DNA of 63,905 bases, counting the filler, from Octopus bimaculoides (taxonomy: Eukaryota): NCBI RefSeq assembly GCF_001194135.2. It is 6 parts of 6 records of this genome, joined end to end, with 100 filler letters (N's around TTAATTAATTAA, not from the genome) between each part and the next. Parts side by side here need not be neighbours in the genome. Positions count along the whole stretch, not along the records: positions 62,731 to 63,905 come from NC_068987.1; 5 more parts are not named here. The stretch is one strand, 5' to 3'. Below are positions 63,766-63,905 of this stretch, piece by piece. Under the pieces are notes generated by a model that was not told where the DNA came from, made no database searches, and worked only from the letters and a program-made list of their open reading frames with translations. Position 1 is the first letter of the stretch; every line of letters starts with the position of its first letter. A program made the position numbers and the translations under genes.

Positions 63766-63905
63766 TTTCAGTTATGATTAGGGCAACAGACAAAAATAAA
63801 TGCAAATCTTCTATAGTTTGTTGGATTCCTGAATCCGCTGCAGCATGGTAAATCCAAAAGTGGCAAAAAGTGCGATGGGCCTGATCACTGCGACCCAAAT
63901 AAGAT

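Noticed and set aside
1-63905. Most ORF-track entries ([20 protein letters not shown] and X-filled ORFs)
   Set aside because: They are translations of microsatellites or read-through of N gaps, not genes.

Overview
This is a eukaryotic, AT-rich, repeat-dominated window from a draft assembly. It is very probably an octopus (cephalopod) genome; this is inferred from the SINE families I recognise and the extreme microsatellite density, not proven. Five identical 100-bp artificial linkers (N44-TTAATTAATTAA-N44) split it into six pieces whose adjacency is not shown by sequence, and there are many ordinary N gaps. Almost all ORFs in the supplied track are microsatellite or N read-through artefacts. 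Supported content: a full-length but disrupted 1.27-kb Tc1-type transposon with DD36E spacing; DD34D mariner and DD37D maT-like remnants; mariner- and piggyBac-type MITEs; a young Ty3/Gypsy (CsRn1-like) element with intact gag, a G-GGA-AAC -1 frameshift site, protease and part of the 5' LTR; RTE-clade and R4/Dong-clade LINE fragments; four SINE families; a probable Helentron-derived fragment; and one probable host coding exon (59929-60309, minus strand). I found no rRNA, true tRNA gene or CRISPR array. The most interesting unexplained structures are: (1) four fold-back elements carrying hammerhead-ribozyme-like motifs, three of them with a palindromic helix III (Penelope or retrozyme-like); (2) R4-clade LINE fragments embedded in (CATA)n; (3) a 90-bp near-perfect inverted duplication with flanking direct repeats; (4) a five-unit head-to-tail SINE array; (5) a switch from CpG-decayed to CpG-retaining sequence near 30.2 kb. 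I cannot claim a demonstrably new biological system. The fold-back hammerhead-like family is the best lead. Repeat boundaries are approximate (tens of bp) unless terminal repeats are quoted.
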